Assembly: GCA_035455085.1 (NCBI GenBank)
Contig: DATIFV010000163.1
Span: 1-48,806, forward strand
Length of the DNA stretch: 48,806 bases
Reading direction: 5' to 3'
DNA from: Candidatus Methylomirabilota bacterium
GTDB lineage: Bacteria; Methylomirabilota; Methylomirabilia; Rokubacteriales; CSP1-6
The notes under the pieces are model-generated. The model made no database searches and was not told the DNA's origin. It saw nothing but the letters and a program-made list of their open reading frames with translations. Positions 1-9,001 of the stretch are shown here, in pieces. Made by a program: the position numbers and the translations under genes. Position 1 is the stretch's first letter. Every line of letters starts with the position of its first letter.

Positions 1-1
1 C

Positions 2-733
2 CACCTCGTGGACTACGACAAGCGCGCGCTCGTCTGGACCTACGGGGCGCCGGACGTCAAGGGCAGCGCCCCGGGCCTCCTCAACTATCCCGACGACGCC
101 CACCTGCTCGAGGACGGCACCTTCGTCACCGCCGACATCCGTAACTGCCGCGTGCTCATCATCGATCCGCGCACGAACCAGATCGTGACCGAGTGGGGCC
201 GGCCCGGGGTGTGCCGCCACGAGCCGCCGCGCTATCTCGGCTACCCGAACGGGGTGACCCCGCTCGACAACGGCGACATCCTGGTGACCGAGATCCGCGG
301 CTCCTGGATCTCCCGCATCACCCGGCGGGGCGAGGTCCTCTGGAGCGTGCCCGCCCCCCGCGTCCGCTACCCGTCGGACGCGTTCCCGACCTCGGACGGG
401 CAGGTGATCGTGGCCGACTTCTCGCGGCCGGGGCGGGTGGTCATCTTCGACCCGGCTCGCCGGCGCGTGACCTGGGAGTACGAGGTGACGGCGGGGGAGA
501 AGATGCTCGATCATCCCTCGCTCGCGCGCGAGCTGCCGGGCACCGGCGACGTCATCGTGGCGGACGACCTGCGGGAGCGGGTCGTGGTCATCGACCGCCA
601 GAGCAAGGACATCGTCTGGCAGTACGGCGTCACCGACCGGAAGGGTCACGCGCCGGGCTATCTGAACTACCCGGACGGGTTCGATCTCGACGTCTTCCAC
701 GACTGGAAGGGCGCCCTCGGTGCGGGGTCCTAG
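2..733 (+). CDS. beta-propeller repeat protein (ASST/NHL-like), 5'-truncated by window edge
   Basis: ORF 8..733 stays open back to nt 2. Repeated blade-like motifs (DG..V.AD..N.RV..ID, APGLLNYPDD / APGYLNYPDG). Confidence 0.55.
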   Translation, partial: HLVDYDKRALVWTYGAPDVKGSAPGLLNYPDDAHLLEDGTFVTADIRNCRVLIIDPRTNQIVTEWGRPGVCRHEPPRYLGYPNGVTPLDNGDILVTEIRGSWISRITRRGEVLWSVPAPRVRYPSDAFPTSDGQVIVADFSRPGRVVIFDPARRRVTWEYEVTAGEKMLDHPSLARELPGTGDVIVADDLRERVVVIDRQSKDIVWQYGVTDRKGHAPGYLNYPDGFDLDVFHDWKGALGAGS

Positions 734-961
734 CCGGTCGCCCGGCCGGTGCCGGCCGGGAATCGAGCTGGGGACACTGGGGCGAAGATGCCCCGGGGCG
801 GGCCGGCGGGGCCCCGCCCGGGGGACGGATCCCGGATCCGGCGCCGCGCTTGGTCGGGCTCGAACCCCGTGACTTTTCGTCCTTCGGATCTTGACACTCG
901 CAGCGCGGAGGCACCGAGGGCGCTGGCACGCTCGCTGCACCGTGGTCCGGAGGATGTGAGC

Positions 962-2092
962 ATGGCAGCGTCATCGTTCGACTTCCGTGCACGCTGGAGC
1001 CGGGCGGTCGCCCAGATGAAGGTCGAGGGCATCGACGGCCTGTTCGTGATGAAGCCGGCCAATCTGGCCTATCTGACCGGTGACGGCCGACCCTGCGCCC
1101 TCGGCCTGCTGACCGGCACCCTGCAGTGCATCGTGGCGGTGCCCGCCTCGGACGTGAGCGCTGTCCGCAGGAGCTCGGCGGCGACCGACATCCGGGCATT
1201 CAGCAGCGAGGAGGAGATGTTCCACGGCTTCCGCGACGTGCTGGAGGAGCACGGGCTCTCGAGGGCGACGATTGCCCTGGAGAAGAACTTCTTCGATGCC
1301 GCCCTCTACGAGGTCTTCAGCGCCCACATCCTGCCCGGCGCCCGGGTCGTCCCGGCGGGGCCGGTTCTCTCGCGCCTGCGCATGCACAAGGATCAGGCGG
1401 AGATCGAGTGCCTGGAGGCGGCGGGCCGCGTCGCCGACCTGGGCATGGCCGCGGCGGTGCGGACGATCGGGCCCGGTGTCCGGGAGATCGACGTCGCGGC
1501 GGAGGCCGAGTATGCCATGCGGCGGGGCGGGGCGGAGGGGTGGGCCTCCGCCACCTACGTGGCCTCGGGCTGGCGCTCGGCGATGGCGCACGGTCCGGCG
1601 TCCCTGAAGGTCATCGAGGCCGGTGACGTCGTGCAGGTGCATCTGGCGCCGATCGTGATGGGCTACACCGTGGACCTGTGCCGGACGATCCTCCTGGGCC
1701 AGGGTCCGGAGCAGCCGGCCGCCGCCGCGTACGTCCGGGCGCAGGAGGCCGGCATCGCGGCGGCGGCTCCGGGGGCGCCCCTCCTGGGCATCGACGCGGC
1801 GATGGCCCGGACCCTGGAGCAGGCCGGCTACGGGGGCGCGTTCCTGCGACCGGTGTTTCACGGCGTCGGCATCGAGCACGAGGAGGCGCCGATCCCGGGC
1901 GGCCACGCGGTCATCCACGGCGAGGAGAAGGTGGAGCGGGTGGAGAGCGGCATGGTGCTGGCCATCGGCAACTGTGGGATCTACCGCGAGCGCTTCGGTG
2001 TCCGGATGGAGGATACCGTCTGGGTCAGCGACCGGGGTCCGGTGCCGCTCACGCGCCATCCGAAGGGTCCGCTCCTTCCCCCGGGTCCGTAG
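962..2092 (+). CDS. M24-family metallopeptidase (Xaa-Pro aminopeptidase/creatinase-like)
   Basis: Internal ATG at 962 of ORF 749..2092, preceded by GGAGGATG. The N-terminus (IDGLFVMKPANLAYLTGDG) resembles a creatinase_N domain and the C-terminus (HGVGIEHEE, MVLAIGN) a pita-bread fold. The upstream 71 codons are Arg/Pro/Gly junk. Confidence 0.8.
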   Translation: MAASSFDFRARWSRAVAQMKVEGIDGLFVMKPANLAYLTGDGRPCALGLLTGTLQCIVAVPASDVSAVRRSSAATDIRAFSSEEEMFHGFRDVLEEHGLSRATIALEKNFFDAALYEVFSAHILPGARVVPAGPVLSRLRMHKDQAEIECLEAAGRVADLGMAAAVRTIGPGVREIDVAAEAEYAMRRGGAEGWASATYVASGWRSAMAHGPASLKVIEAGDVVQVHLAPIVMGYTVDLCRTILLGQGPEQPAAAAYVRAQEAGIAAAAPGAPLLGIDAAMARTLEQAGYGGAFLRPVFHGVGIEHEEAPIPGGHAVIHGEEKVERVESGMVLAIGNCGIYRERFGVRMEDTVWVSDRGPVPLTRHPKGPLLPPGP

Positions 2093-2161
2093 GATCCTGG
2101 ATCAAGATCATACCCGGCGTACGCGGGAAGCGCCGAGGGTAGTGGACACGGAGGGGGCGCG

Positions 2162-3946
2162 ATGAACGGCGGCGAGGTCATCGTCGAGTACCTGGCCCGC
2201 GAGGGGGTGCCGTACGTCTTCGGCCTGTGCGGCCACGGCAACGTGGGGCTGCTCGACGCCCTCTACGACCGCACCGACGCCATCCGGACCATCTCGACCC
2301 GCCACGAGCAGACGGCAGGGCACATGGCCGACGCGTACTTCCGGGTGGCGCACCGCCCGGTCGCCACGCTCACCTCGTGCGGGCCGGGCTCCACGAACCT
2401 GCCCATCACGCTTGCGTGCGCTTTCATGGACTCCTCCGCCTTCCTGGCCATCACCGGCAACGTCCCCACCTCGCAGTTCAACCGGGCCGCGTTCCAGGAG
2501 ACGTACCGGCACTTCCAGGCCGACTTCCCGTCGGTGATCCGCCCCTACGTGAAGCGGAGCTGGCAGCCCACGCGCGCCGACATGCTGCCCACCGCGCTCC
2601 GCCAGGCCTTCGCGACCATGCTGGGGGGCCGGCCCGGGCCGGTGAACCTCGACGTGCCCTTCAACCTGTTCAAGGAGCCGGCCGAGGTCGACGTCCCGGA
2701 GCCCGGCGCCTGGCGGGCCGGGATCAGCTGGCGCAGCGGCGGGGACCCGACCACGATCCGGCGGGCGGCCGAGCTCCTGCAGGAGGCGCGGCGCCCGCTC
2801 ATCTACGTCGGCCACGGGGTGACCCTCTCCGAGGGGGCGGCCGAGCTGACCGAGCTCGCCCGGCGGCTGCGGATCCCGGTGATCTTCTCGCCCAACGGCT
2901 TCGGCGCGCTCGACATGGCGGACCCCCTGGCCCTCGGGTTCGTCGGGCGCAACGGGGTCTTCCAGGCCAACGAGGCGGCCCGGACCTGCGACGTGCTGCT
3001 GGCGATCGGCGTCCGCTTCGACGACCGCTCGAGCAGCTCGTGGATCCCCGGCTACTCCTTCAACATCCCGCCGACGCGCCTGATCCACGTGGACATCGAC
3101 GCCGAGGAGATCGGGCGCAACTATCCCGTCCACCTCGGCATCGTGGGCGACGCGCGGACCGTGCTGCGCCAGCTGCTCGCGGCGGCGGATCCCGCGGGGC
3201 CGGGGACGGCCGCGCACGAGGCCTGGCTGGCCGAGACCGCCGCGTGGCGCGCCCGGTGGGAGGTCTTCATCCGGCCCCAGCGGGAGAGCGACGCCGAGCC
3301 GATCCATCCGCAGCGGGTGGTCCGGGCGCTGCGGGCGGTGCTGCCCGACGACGGGATCATCCTTCCGGACGTGGGCGTCCACCACAACTGGCTCGTGCAG
3401 TTCTGGCCGGCCCGGCGCCCCGGGACCCTGCTCAACAGCTGGGGCTTCGGGGCGATGGGCTTCGGGGTGTGCGGAGTGCTCGGCGCCAAGCTGGCCGCGC
3501 CCGACCGGCCCTGCGTGGCGGTGTGCGGCGACGGCGGCTTCATGATGCGGCCGGACGTGCTCTGCACCGCGGTCGAGTACGGCATTCCCGCGGTCTGGGT
3601 GGTGTGGAACAACTTCGCCTACGGCGGCATCCGCGACATCCAGATCGGGATGCTCGCGAAGCGCGAGATCGCGACCAGCTTCGTGCGGGAGGAGGACGGC
3701 CGCCTGATCAACCCGGACTTCGTGGCGCTGGCCCGCGCCTGCGGGGCGGACGGCATCCGGGTGGAGCGCCCCGGTGACCTGGCCGGGGCGCTCGAGCACG
3801 CGCTCCGGGCGGAGGCGCCGTTCGTGCTGGACGTGCACGTGGACCGCGACGTGCGGCCCCCGTCGGTGGGCACCTGGGAGCTGCCGCCCTTGCCCTACGG
3901 CGAGCCCGCTTTCGGCGCGCGGCGGCTGCCGCGCGCGCACGAGTGA
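2162..3946 (+). CDS. thiamine-diphosphate enzyme, acetolactate-synthase-large-subunit family
   Basis: 594 aa. N-terminal pyrimidine-binding domain (VFGLCGHGNVGLLDAL) and ThDP motif GDGGFMM...VVWNN. RBS GGAGGGGG lies upstream. Confidence 0.85.
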   Translation: MNGGEVIVEYLAREGVPYVFGLCGHGNVGLLDALYDRTDAIRTISTRHEQTAGHMADAYFRVAHRPVATLTSCGPGSTNLPITLACAFMDSSAFLAITGNVPTSQFNRAAFQETYRHFQADFPSVIRPYVKRSWQPTRADMLPTALRQAFATMLGGRPGPVNLDVPFNLFKEPAEVDVPEPGAWRAGISWRSGGDPTTIRRAAELLQEARRPLIYVGHGVTLSEGAAELTELARRLRIPVIFSPNGFGALDMADPLALGFVGRNGVFQANEAARTCDVLLAIGVRFDDRSSSSWIPGYSFNIPPTRLIHVDIDAEEIGRNYPVHLGIVGDARTVLRQLLAAADPAGPGTAAHEAWLAETAAWRARWEVFIRPQRESDAEPIHPQRVVRALRAVLPDDGIILPDVGVHHNWLVQFWPARRPGTLLNSWGFGAMGFGVCGVLGAKLAAPDRPCVAVCGDGGFMMRPDVLCTAVEYGIPAVWVVWNNFAYGGIRDIQIGMLAKREIATSFVREEDGRLINPDFVALARACGADGIRVERPGDLAGALEHALRAEAPFVLDVHVDRDVRPPSVGTWELPPLPYGEPAFGARRLPRAHE

Positions 3947-3953
3947 GGGAGCC

Positions 3954-4367
3954 ATGGCGGAGGTACCGCGGGCGAAGGTGATGCGCATGGAGGAGGCCTT
4001 CTGGGAGCTGCCTCCGGGGCACTTCCAGGCCTTCTCGAAGCTCCTGGTCCACCCGACGAACGCCGCGACCCGGTTCTTCGACTTCCGGATCTCGAGCTAC
4101 CAGCCCCGGGGCTACGCGGAGGTGCACGTCCACGAGGTGGCCGAGAACCTCTACTACATCCTGCAGGGCAAGGGCATCGTGGAGCTCGACGGCGTGCCGC
4201 ACCTGGTGGAGCCGCACATGGTCGTGCACATCCCGCCCGGGGTCCGGCACGGGATCTTCAACACCGGCCTGGAGGACCTCGTCTTCCTGGTGGTCGCCTC
4301 TCCGCCCGGCGACATGCCAGCGGTCGCGCAGACCGGCGGGCGCGACGCGGCGGGCGGACCGGCATGA
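3954..4367 (+). CDS. cupin-domain protein
   Basis: ATG at 3954 inside ORF 3774..4367, 8 nt after the ThDP gene stop. Cupin motifs VHVHE...YYILQG and PPGVRHGIFN. Confidence 0.75.
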   Translation: MAEVPRAKVMRMEEAFWELPPGHFQAFSKLLVHPTNAATRFFDFRISSYQPRGYAEVHVHEVAENLYYILQGKGIVELDGVPHLVEPHMVVHIPPGVRHGIFNTGLEDLVFLVVASPPGDMPAVAQTGGRDAAGGPA

Positions 4368-6301
4368 GATACCCGCGCCTGTTCTCGGCCGGCCGCATCG
4401 GCCGTCTGGCCCTGCGGAACCGCATCCTCATGGCGCCGATGGAGAAGAACCTGGCGCTCCCGACCGGCGCGGTGAGCCGGCGGTACATCGACTACTGTGA
4501 GGCGCGGGCCGCGGGGGGAGCCGCGCTCCTCCTGCTCGAGTCGATGTACGTCCACCCGGCCGGCAAGAACCACCGCTACCAGCTCGGCCTGCACGACGAC
4601 GAGGTGGTGCCCGGCTACCGACGGCTCATCGAGGCGTGCCACCGCCACGGCGCGCTGGTCGCGGCGCAGCTGCAGTTCGCCGGGCGCGAGACCTCCGCGG
4701 CGGTCACCGGCACCCAGCCGGTCGCCCCCTCGGCGGTGCCGTGCACCGCCCTGACCGGCGGCGACGTGCCGCGCCCGCTCGAGGTCGAGGAGATCGCCGG
4801 CCTCGTGCGGGCCTTCGCGGAGGCGGCCCGGCGCGCGATCGCGGCGGGATTCGACGCGGTCGAGATCCACGGGGCGCACGGCTACCTGATCGGGCAGTTC
4901 CTCTCCCCCTACGCCAACCGCCGCGACGACGCCTACGGCGGCGACTTCGAGCGCCGCCTGCGCTTTCCCCTGGAGGTGATCGCGGCGGTGCGCGAGGTGG
5001 TGGGCACCCGCGCACCCCTGCTGTACCGGATCAGCGCCGACGAGCACGTCGACGGCGGCCTCACCCTCGCGGACGCCTGCCGGGTCGCGGCCCGCCTGGA
5101 GGCGGCCGGCATCGATCTGATCGACGTCTCGGCCGGCATCTACGAGTCGGCCCCGTGGATCGTGCAGCCCATGGAGATGGGGCAGGGCTGCCTGGCGCCG
5201 CTGGCGCGGGAGATCCGTCGCCACGTCCGCGTCCCGGTGAGCGTGGCGGGCCGCATCGGCGACGCGAGCGTGGCCGAGCACGTGCTCGAGGCCGGCGATG
5301 CCGACTTCGTGACCCTGGGGCGCGCGCTGCACGCCGACCCCGAGATGCCGCGCAAGAGCCGCGAGGGCCGCGAGGACGAGGTCTGCTCCTGCGTCGGGTG
5401 CCTCAAGTGCAGCGATCTGCTGGGGCAGAACGAGCCGGTGCTCTGCCTGGCCAACACGCACACCGGGCGCGAGCGGCAGTACGCGATCCGCGCCGCGGCG
5501 CGGGCGCAGCACGTGCTGGTCGTCGGGGCCGGCCCGGCCGGGCTCGAGGCCGCGCGGGTGCTCGCCCTGCGCGGGCACGCGGTGACCGTGCTGGAGCGGG
5601 CGGGCGAGCCCGGTGGCCAGCTCCGGCTGGCCCGGCTCGTGCCCGGCCGCGCGGACCTCGCGGGGCTGGTGACCTACCTGGCGGGGGCCGCGACGCGCGC
5701 GGGAGCCCGGATCCACACGGGCGTGGAGGCGACGGTGGACGACGTGCTCGCCCGCGCCCCGGACGCGATCGTGCTGGCCACCGGGGCGGCCCCCGGGGTC
5801 CCGTCGGTGCCCGGCCTCGAGCAGGGCCCCGCGGTGGACGCGTTCACGGTGCTCGCGCGGCCGGCCGGCGCGGTGAAGCGAGCGCTCGTGATGGGCGGGG
5901 GGATGCTGGGGGTCGGGGTGGCCCACGTCCTCGCCGAGCGCGGGGCCGAGGTGATCGTGGTCGAGCCCGGCGGGGAGCTGGCCGCCGAGCTGGGGGTGAG
6001 GCCGCGCTGGCAGCACGTGGCGGACCTGCGGTCGCGCGGGAACGTGACGATCCTCCTCGGCGCCACCGTCGAGGAGATCCATCCGGACGGCGCGCTGGTC
6101 CGGCGGGCGGGGGAGGACGTGAAGCTCCGCGGCCTGGACCTGGTGGTGCCGACGAGGCCGATGGTGCCGGCCGTGGACCTCGGCGAGGCGCTCAAGGCGC
6201 GGGCCGGCGGCCCGCCCGTCTTCGACATCGGCGACTGCGCGGTGCCGCGCACCGCCTTCGAGGCGATGCAGGAGGCGGCCGCGCTCGGGCATCGTCTCTG
6301 A
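4364..6301 (+). CDS. FMN/FAD/[4Fe-4S] NADH:flavin oxidoreductase, 2,4-dienoyl-CoA reductase (FadH)-like
   Basis: ATGA overlap with the cupin stop. OYE-like N-terminal TIM barrel (HGAHGYLIGQFLSP), Cys cluster CSCVGCLKCSDLL...LCLAN, and C-terminal GxGxxG (VVGAGPAGLEAA). Confidence 0.85.
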   Translation: MRYPRLFSAGRIGRLALRNRILMAPMEKNLALPTGAVSRRYIDYCEARAAGGAALLLLESMYVHPAGKNHRYQLGLHDDEVVPGYRRLIEACHRHGALVAAQLQFAGRETSAAVTGTQPVAPSAVPCTALTGGDVPRPLEVEEIAGLVRAFAEAARRAIAAGFDAVEIHGAHGYLIGQFLSPYANRRDDAYGGDFERRLRFPLEVIAAVREVVGTRAPLLYRISADEHVDGGLTLADACRVAARLEAAGIDLIDVSAGIYESAPWIVQPMEMGQGCLAPLAREIRRHVRVPVSVAGRIGDASVAEHVLEAGDADFVTLGRALHADPEMPRKSREGREDEVCSCVGCLKCSDLLGQNEPVLCLANTHTGRERQYAIRAAARAQHVLVVGAGPAGLEAARVLALRGHAVTVLERAGEPGGQLRLARLVPGRADLAGLVTYLAGAATRAGARIHTGVEATVDDVLARAPDAIVLATGAAPGVPSVPGLEQGPAVDAFTVLARPAGAVKRALVMGGGMLGVGVAHVLAERGAEVIVVEPGGELAAELGVRPRWQHVADLRSRGNVTILLGATVEEIHPDGALVRRAGEDVKLRGLDLVVPTRPMVPAVDLGEALKARAGGPPVFDIGDCAVPRTAFEAMQEAAALGHRL

Positions 6302-6321
6302 CCGCGGCGGCAGGCGGGGTC

Positions 6322-8004
6322 ATGACCGACAGGGATCGCGACGAGCAGATACGGCAGGCCCGGCAGCGCTGGGAAGCCGCGGTCGCGCGCGCCGCGGCGG
6401 GGGAGGGCGACGCCCCGCGCGCCGGGCAGCACGACCCGGACCTGACGGCGCGGGCGGTCTACACGCCGGCGGAGGCGGCCGGGCCGGACGCCGACTACCT
6501 GCGGGACCTCGGGTTCCCGGGCCAGTACCCGTTCACGCGCGGCATCTATCCCTCGATGTACCGGGGCCGGCTCTGGACGATGCGGCAGTACGCGGGCTTC
6601 GGGACCGCGCGGGAGACGAACCGGCGCTTCCGCTACATGCTCGAGCGGGGGATGACCGGGATCAACGTCGCCTTCGACCTCCCGACCCAGCACGGCCACG
6701 ATTCCGACGACCCCCGCGCGCGGGGGGAGGTGGGCAACGTGGGGGTGCCGGTGAGCTCGCTCCGCGACCTCGAGATCCTCTTCGAGGGCATCCCGCTCGC
6801 CGACGTCAGCCCGGCCAACGCCATCAACGCCCCGGCCGCGGTGATCCTGGCCATGTACGTGGCGCTCGCCGAGCGCCAGGGCCTCGCGCGGGAGCGGCTC
6901 TCCGGCAGCATCCAGAACGACATCCTCAAGGAGTTCATCGCCCGCGGGACCTACATCTTCCCGCCGCGCCCCTCGCTCCGCCTCGTCACCGACGTCATCG
7001 AGTACTGCGCGGGGTCCCTGCCGCGCTGGAACTTCATCAACGTCTGCGGCTATCACATGCGGGAGGCGGGCTCGACCCTGGTGCAGGAGGTGGCCTTCGC
7101 GCTGGCCGACGCGGTCACGTACACGCGCGCGGCGGTCGAGCGGGGGGTCGCGGTGGACCGCTTCGCCCCGCGCTTCGCGTTCAACTTCACCGCCGGCACC
7201 AACCTCTTCGAGGAGGCGGCGAAGTTCCGGGCCGCCCGCCGCCTGTGGGCCCGCCTCATGCGCGAGCGCTTCGGCGCCGAGCACCCGGCGAGCTGGGCGT
7301 TCCGGACCGGGGCCGGCTCCGGGGCGAGCCAGCTCACCGCCCAGCAGCCCGAGAACAACCTGATCCGGGTGACGCTCAACGCCCTCGCCGCGATCCTCGG
7401 CGGGGCCCAGTCGCTGCACACCGCGGCGTACGACGAGGCCCTCGCCCTGCCGACCGAGCGCTCGGTCAAGCTGGCCCTGCGCACCCAGCAGGTGCTGGCC
7501 CACGAGGCGGGCCTGACCGAGGTGATCGACCCGCTCGCCGGGTCCTACTACGTGGAGACGCTGACCACCGAGATCGAGGCGCGGGCCCGCGCGCTCATGG
7601 ACGAGGTCGAGCGCCGCGGCGGCGTGATCGCGGCCATCGAGTCCGGGTGGATCCAGCAGCAGATCGCCGACGCCTCCTGGGAGCGGCAGCGGCAGATCGA
7701 GTCCGGCGAGCGGGTGGTGGTCGGAGTGAACCGGTTCGTGGAGGAGGAGCCGGTGCGCGTGGACATCCATCGCCACGTGGAGGCGGTGGCCGCCGAGCGG
7801 GCCGCCGCGCTGCGGGCGCTGCGCCAGGAGCGGGACGCCCGCCGGGTGGCCCGCGCCCTCGACGGGCTGCGAGCGGCGGCGACGGGCGGAGCCAACGTCA
7901 TGCCGGCCCTCGTGGAGGCGGTCGGCGTCTACGCGACGATCGGCGAGATCTGCGGGACCCTGCGCGAGGTGTTCGGGGAGTACCGGGCGACCCCGGTCTA
8001 CTGA
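6322..8004 (+). CDS. methylmalonyl-CoA mutase family, large catalytic subunit (no B12-binding domain)
   Basis: ATG at 6322 within the 1122-aa ORF 4636..8004. Motifs FTRGIYPSMYRGRLWTMRQYAGFG and SIQNDILKEFIARGTYIF. Ends before any Rossmann B12 domain. Confidence 0.9.
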   Translation: MTDRDRDEQIRQARQRWEAAVARAAAGEGDAPRAGQHDPDLTARAVYTPAEAAGPDADYLRDLGFPGQYPFTRGIYPSMYRGRLWTMRQYAGFGTARETNRRFRYMLERGMTGINVAFDLPTQHGHDSDDPRARGEVGNVGVPVSSLRDLEILFEGIPLADVSPANAINAPAAVILAMYVALAERQGLARERLSGSIQNDILKEFIARGTYIFPPRPSLRLVTDVIEYCAGSLPRWNFINVCGYHMREAGSTLVQEVAFALADAVTYTRAAVERGVAVDRFAPRFAFNFTAGTNLFEEAAKFRAARRLWARLMRERFGAEHPASWAFRTGAGSGASQLTAQQPENNLIRVTLNALAAILGGAQSLHTAAYDEALALPTERSVKLALRTQQVLAHEAGLTEVIDPLAGSYYVETLTTEIEARARALMDEVERRGGVIAAIESGWIQQQIADASWERQRQIESGERVVVGVNRFVEEEPVRVDIHRHVEAVAAERAAALRALRQERDARRVARALDGLRAAATGGANVMPALVEAVGVYATIGEICGTLREVFGEYRATPVY

Positions 8005-8606
8005 TGAAGGGCAAGGGCGAGCACGGCCGCACCACGGTGGCGCAGCTGCAGCTGCTGCTGGAGGCGGAGCGCGTCGCGGCCGCGACCGTCTCCGGCCTCA
8101 TCCCGATGGCGGCGACCCCGGCAACGGGCCGGCTCCTCGAGAAGCTCCGGGACGACGAGGCGTGGTCGTGCGCCGGCCTGACCCGGGTCATCCGGCATCT
8201 CGGCGGCAAGGTGTCGCCCGAGGACGGGAGCGTCGCGCCGCGGGTGCGGGGCGGGTCGTCGGTCCGGGAGCGCCTCGGGGGGCTCACCCGCGACCAGGCC
8301 CGGGTCGTGAAGCGCCTCGATCGGATCCTGAGCGAGGGGCTCGACCGGGAGAGCGGAGGGTTCCTGCGTCAGATGCGGTCGCTGCACGCGGAGAACGTGC
8401 ACCGCTGCGAGGAGCTCATCGCGACGCTCCCGGCGGGCGCCGCGGCGGGGCGCACGCGGCGGATGAGGCCGGTGTCCTCCGAGAACTCGACCAGCAGGGC
8501 CTGGCCCGGGGCGATCGTCACCTCCTCGTCGAGCTGCCAGCGCCGGGGCGCCGCGCCCGCGGCACTGTCCGCAGACCCGTCCGCCAGGGTCACGCCGAGC
8601 CGGTAG
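8004..8606 (+). CDS. ferritin-like DUF6306-type protein with long unstructured tail
   Basis: The ATG overlaps the mutase stop (TGATG). LLLEAERVAA...DEAWSCAGL...LTRDQARVVKRL...HAENV matches the pattern I recall for DUF6306. The last ~55 codons look like read-through tail and overlap the convergent gene. Confidence 0.6.
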   Translation: MKGKGEHGRTTVAQLQLLLEAERVAAATVSGLIPMAATPATGRLLEKLRDDEAWSCAGLTRVIRHLGGKVSPEDGSVAPRVRGGSSVRERLGGLTRDQARVVKRLDRILSEGLDRESGGFLRQMRSLHAENVHRCEELIATLPAGAAAGRTRRMRPVSSENSTSRAWPGAIVTSSSSCQRRGAAPAALSADPSARVTPSR

Positions 8607-9001
8607 CGGCCGGGGCGTACCGCCAGCTCCTCGTAGGCGAAGGTGGGCCCGTCCCGGCGCAGGCCGCCCGGTGAGTAGCGCCGCTCGAGCAGCACGCGGC
8701 CGTCGAGCTCCACGCGCAGCACCGTGTCCGTGCGCCGGCCGGTCTGGGCCCGCTCCGGGCTGGTCGGCCGCATGTGGCGCGGTAGCTTCTCGATCTCCTC
8801 CATCGAGCGCGCGGGCCCGGCGTGCTCGAAGGCGGCCACGTGCTTGAAGGCGACCCGGATCATCGCGGCCTCCTGATCCGAGGCGGCCCACGGATACGCC
8901 GCGAGCGCCCCCAGGCCCCAGGAGACGGCGCCCAGCAGCAGGGCGAAGCCCGCGAGCCGGCCGGGCCGCGGGCGGCGATCCTCGACGGCGGGCGCGGTCA
9001 C
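8369..9001 (-). CDS. membrane-anchored hypothetical protein, last gene of the oxidase operon
   Basis: The GTG at 9001 overlaps the TGA of the upstream gene (GTGA). One N-terminal hydrophobic helix (LAGFALLLGAVSWGLGALAAY) followed by a beta-rich domain. The C-terminal ~30 codons look like tail. Confidence 0.55.
   Translation of the reverse strand: MTAPAVEDRRPRPGRLAGFALLLGAVSWGLGALAAYPWAASDQEAAMIRVAFKHVAAFEHAGPARSMEEIEKLPRHMRPTSPERAQTGRRTDTVLRVELDGRVLLERRYSPGGLRRDGPTFAYEELAVRPGRYRLGVTLADGSADSAAGAAPRRWQLDEEVTIAPGQALLVEFSEDTGLIRRVRPAAAPAGSVAMSSSQRCTFSACSDRI

Noticed and set aside
2108-3988. 626-aa minus-strand ORF opposite the ThDP enzyme. Similar long antisense or alternate-frame ORFs include 4154..6292, 5674..7776, 13595..16297, 13845..16343, 23298..25481, 29830..32559, 36278..38827 and 43291..45756.
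   Set aside because: These are Arg/Pro/Gly/His-rich low-complexity translations with no recognisable motifs. Each mirrors a strongly motif-supported gene on the other strand or frame. They are typical shadow ORFs of very GC-rich DNA, where stop codons are rare.
4636-6321. N-terminal 562 codons of the 1122-aa ORF 4636..8004, read as part of the mutase.
   Set aside because: This part overlaps the FadH-like gene in another frame and is pure Arg/Gly/Pro repeat. The mutase homology begins at the ATG at 6322.
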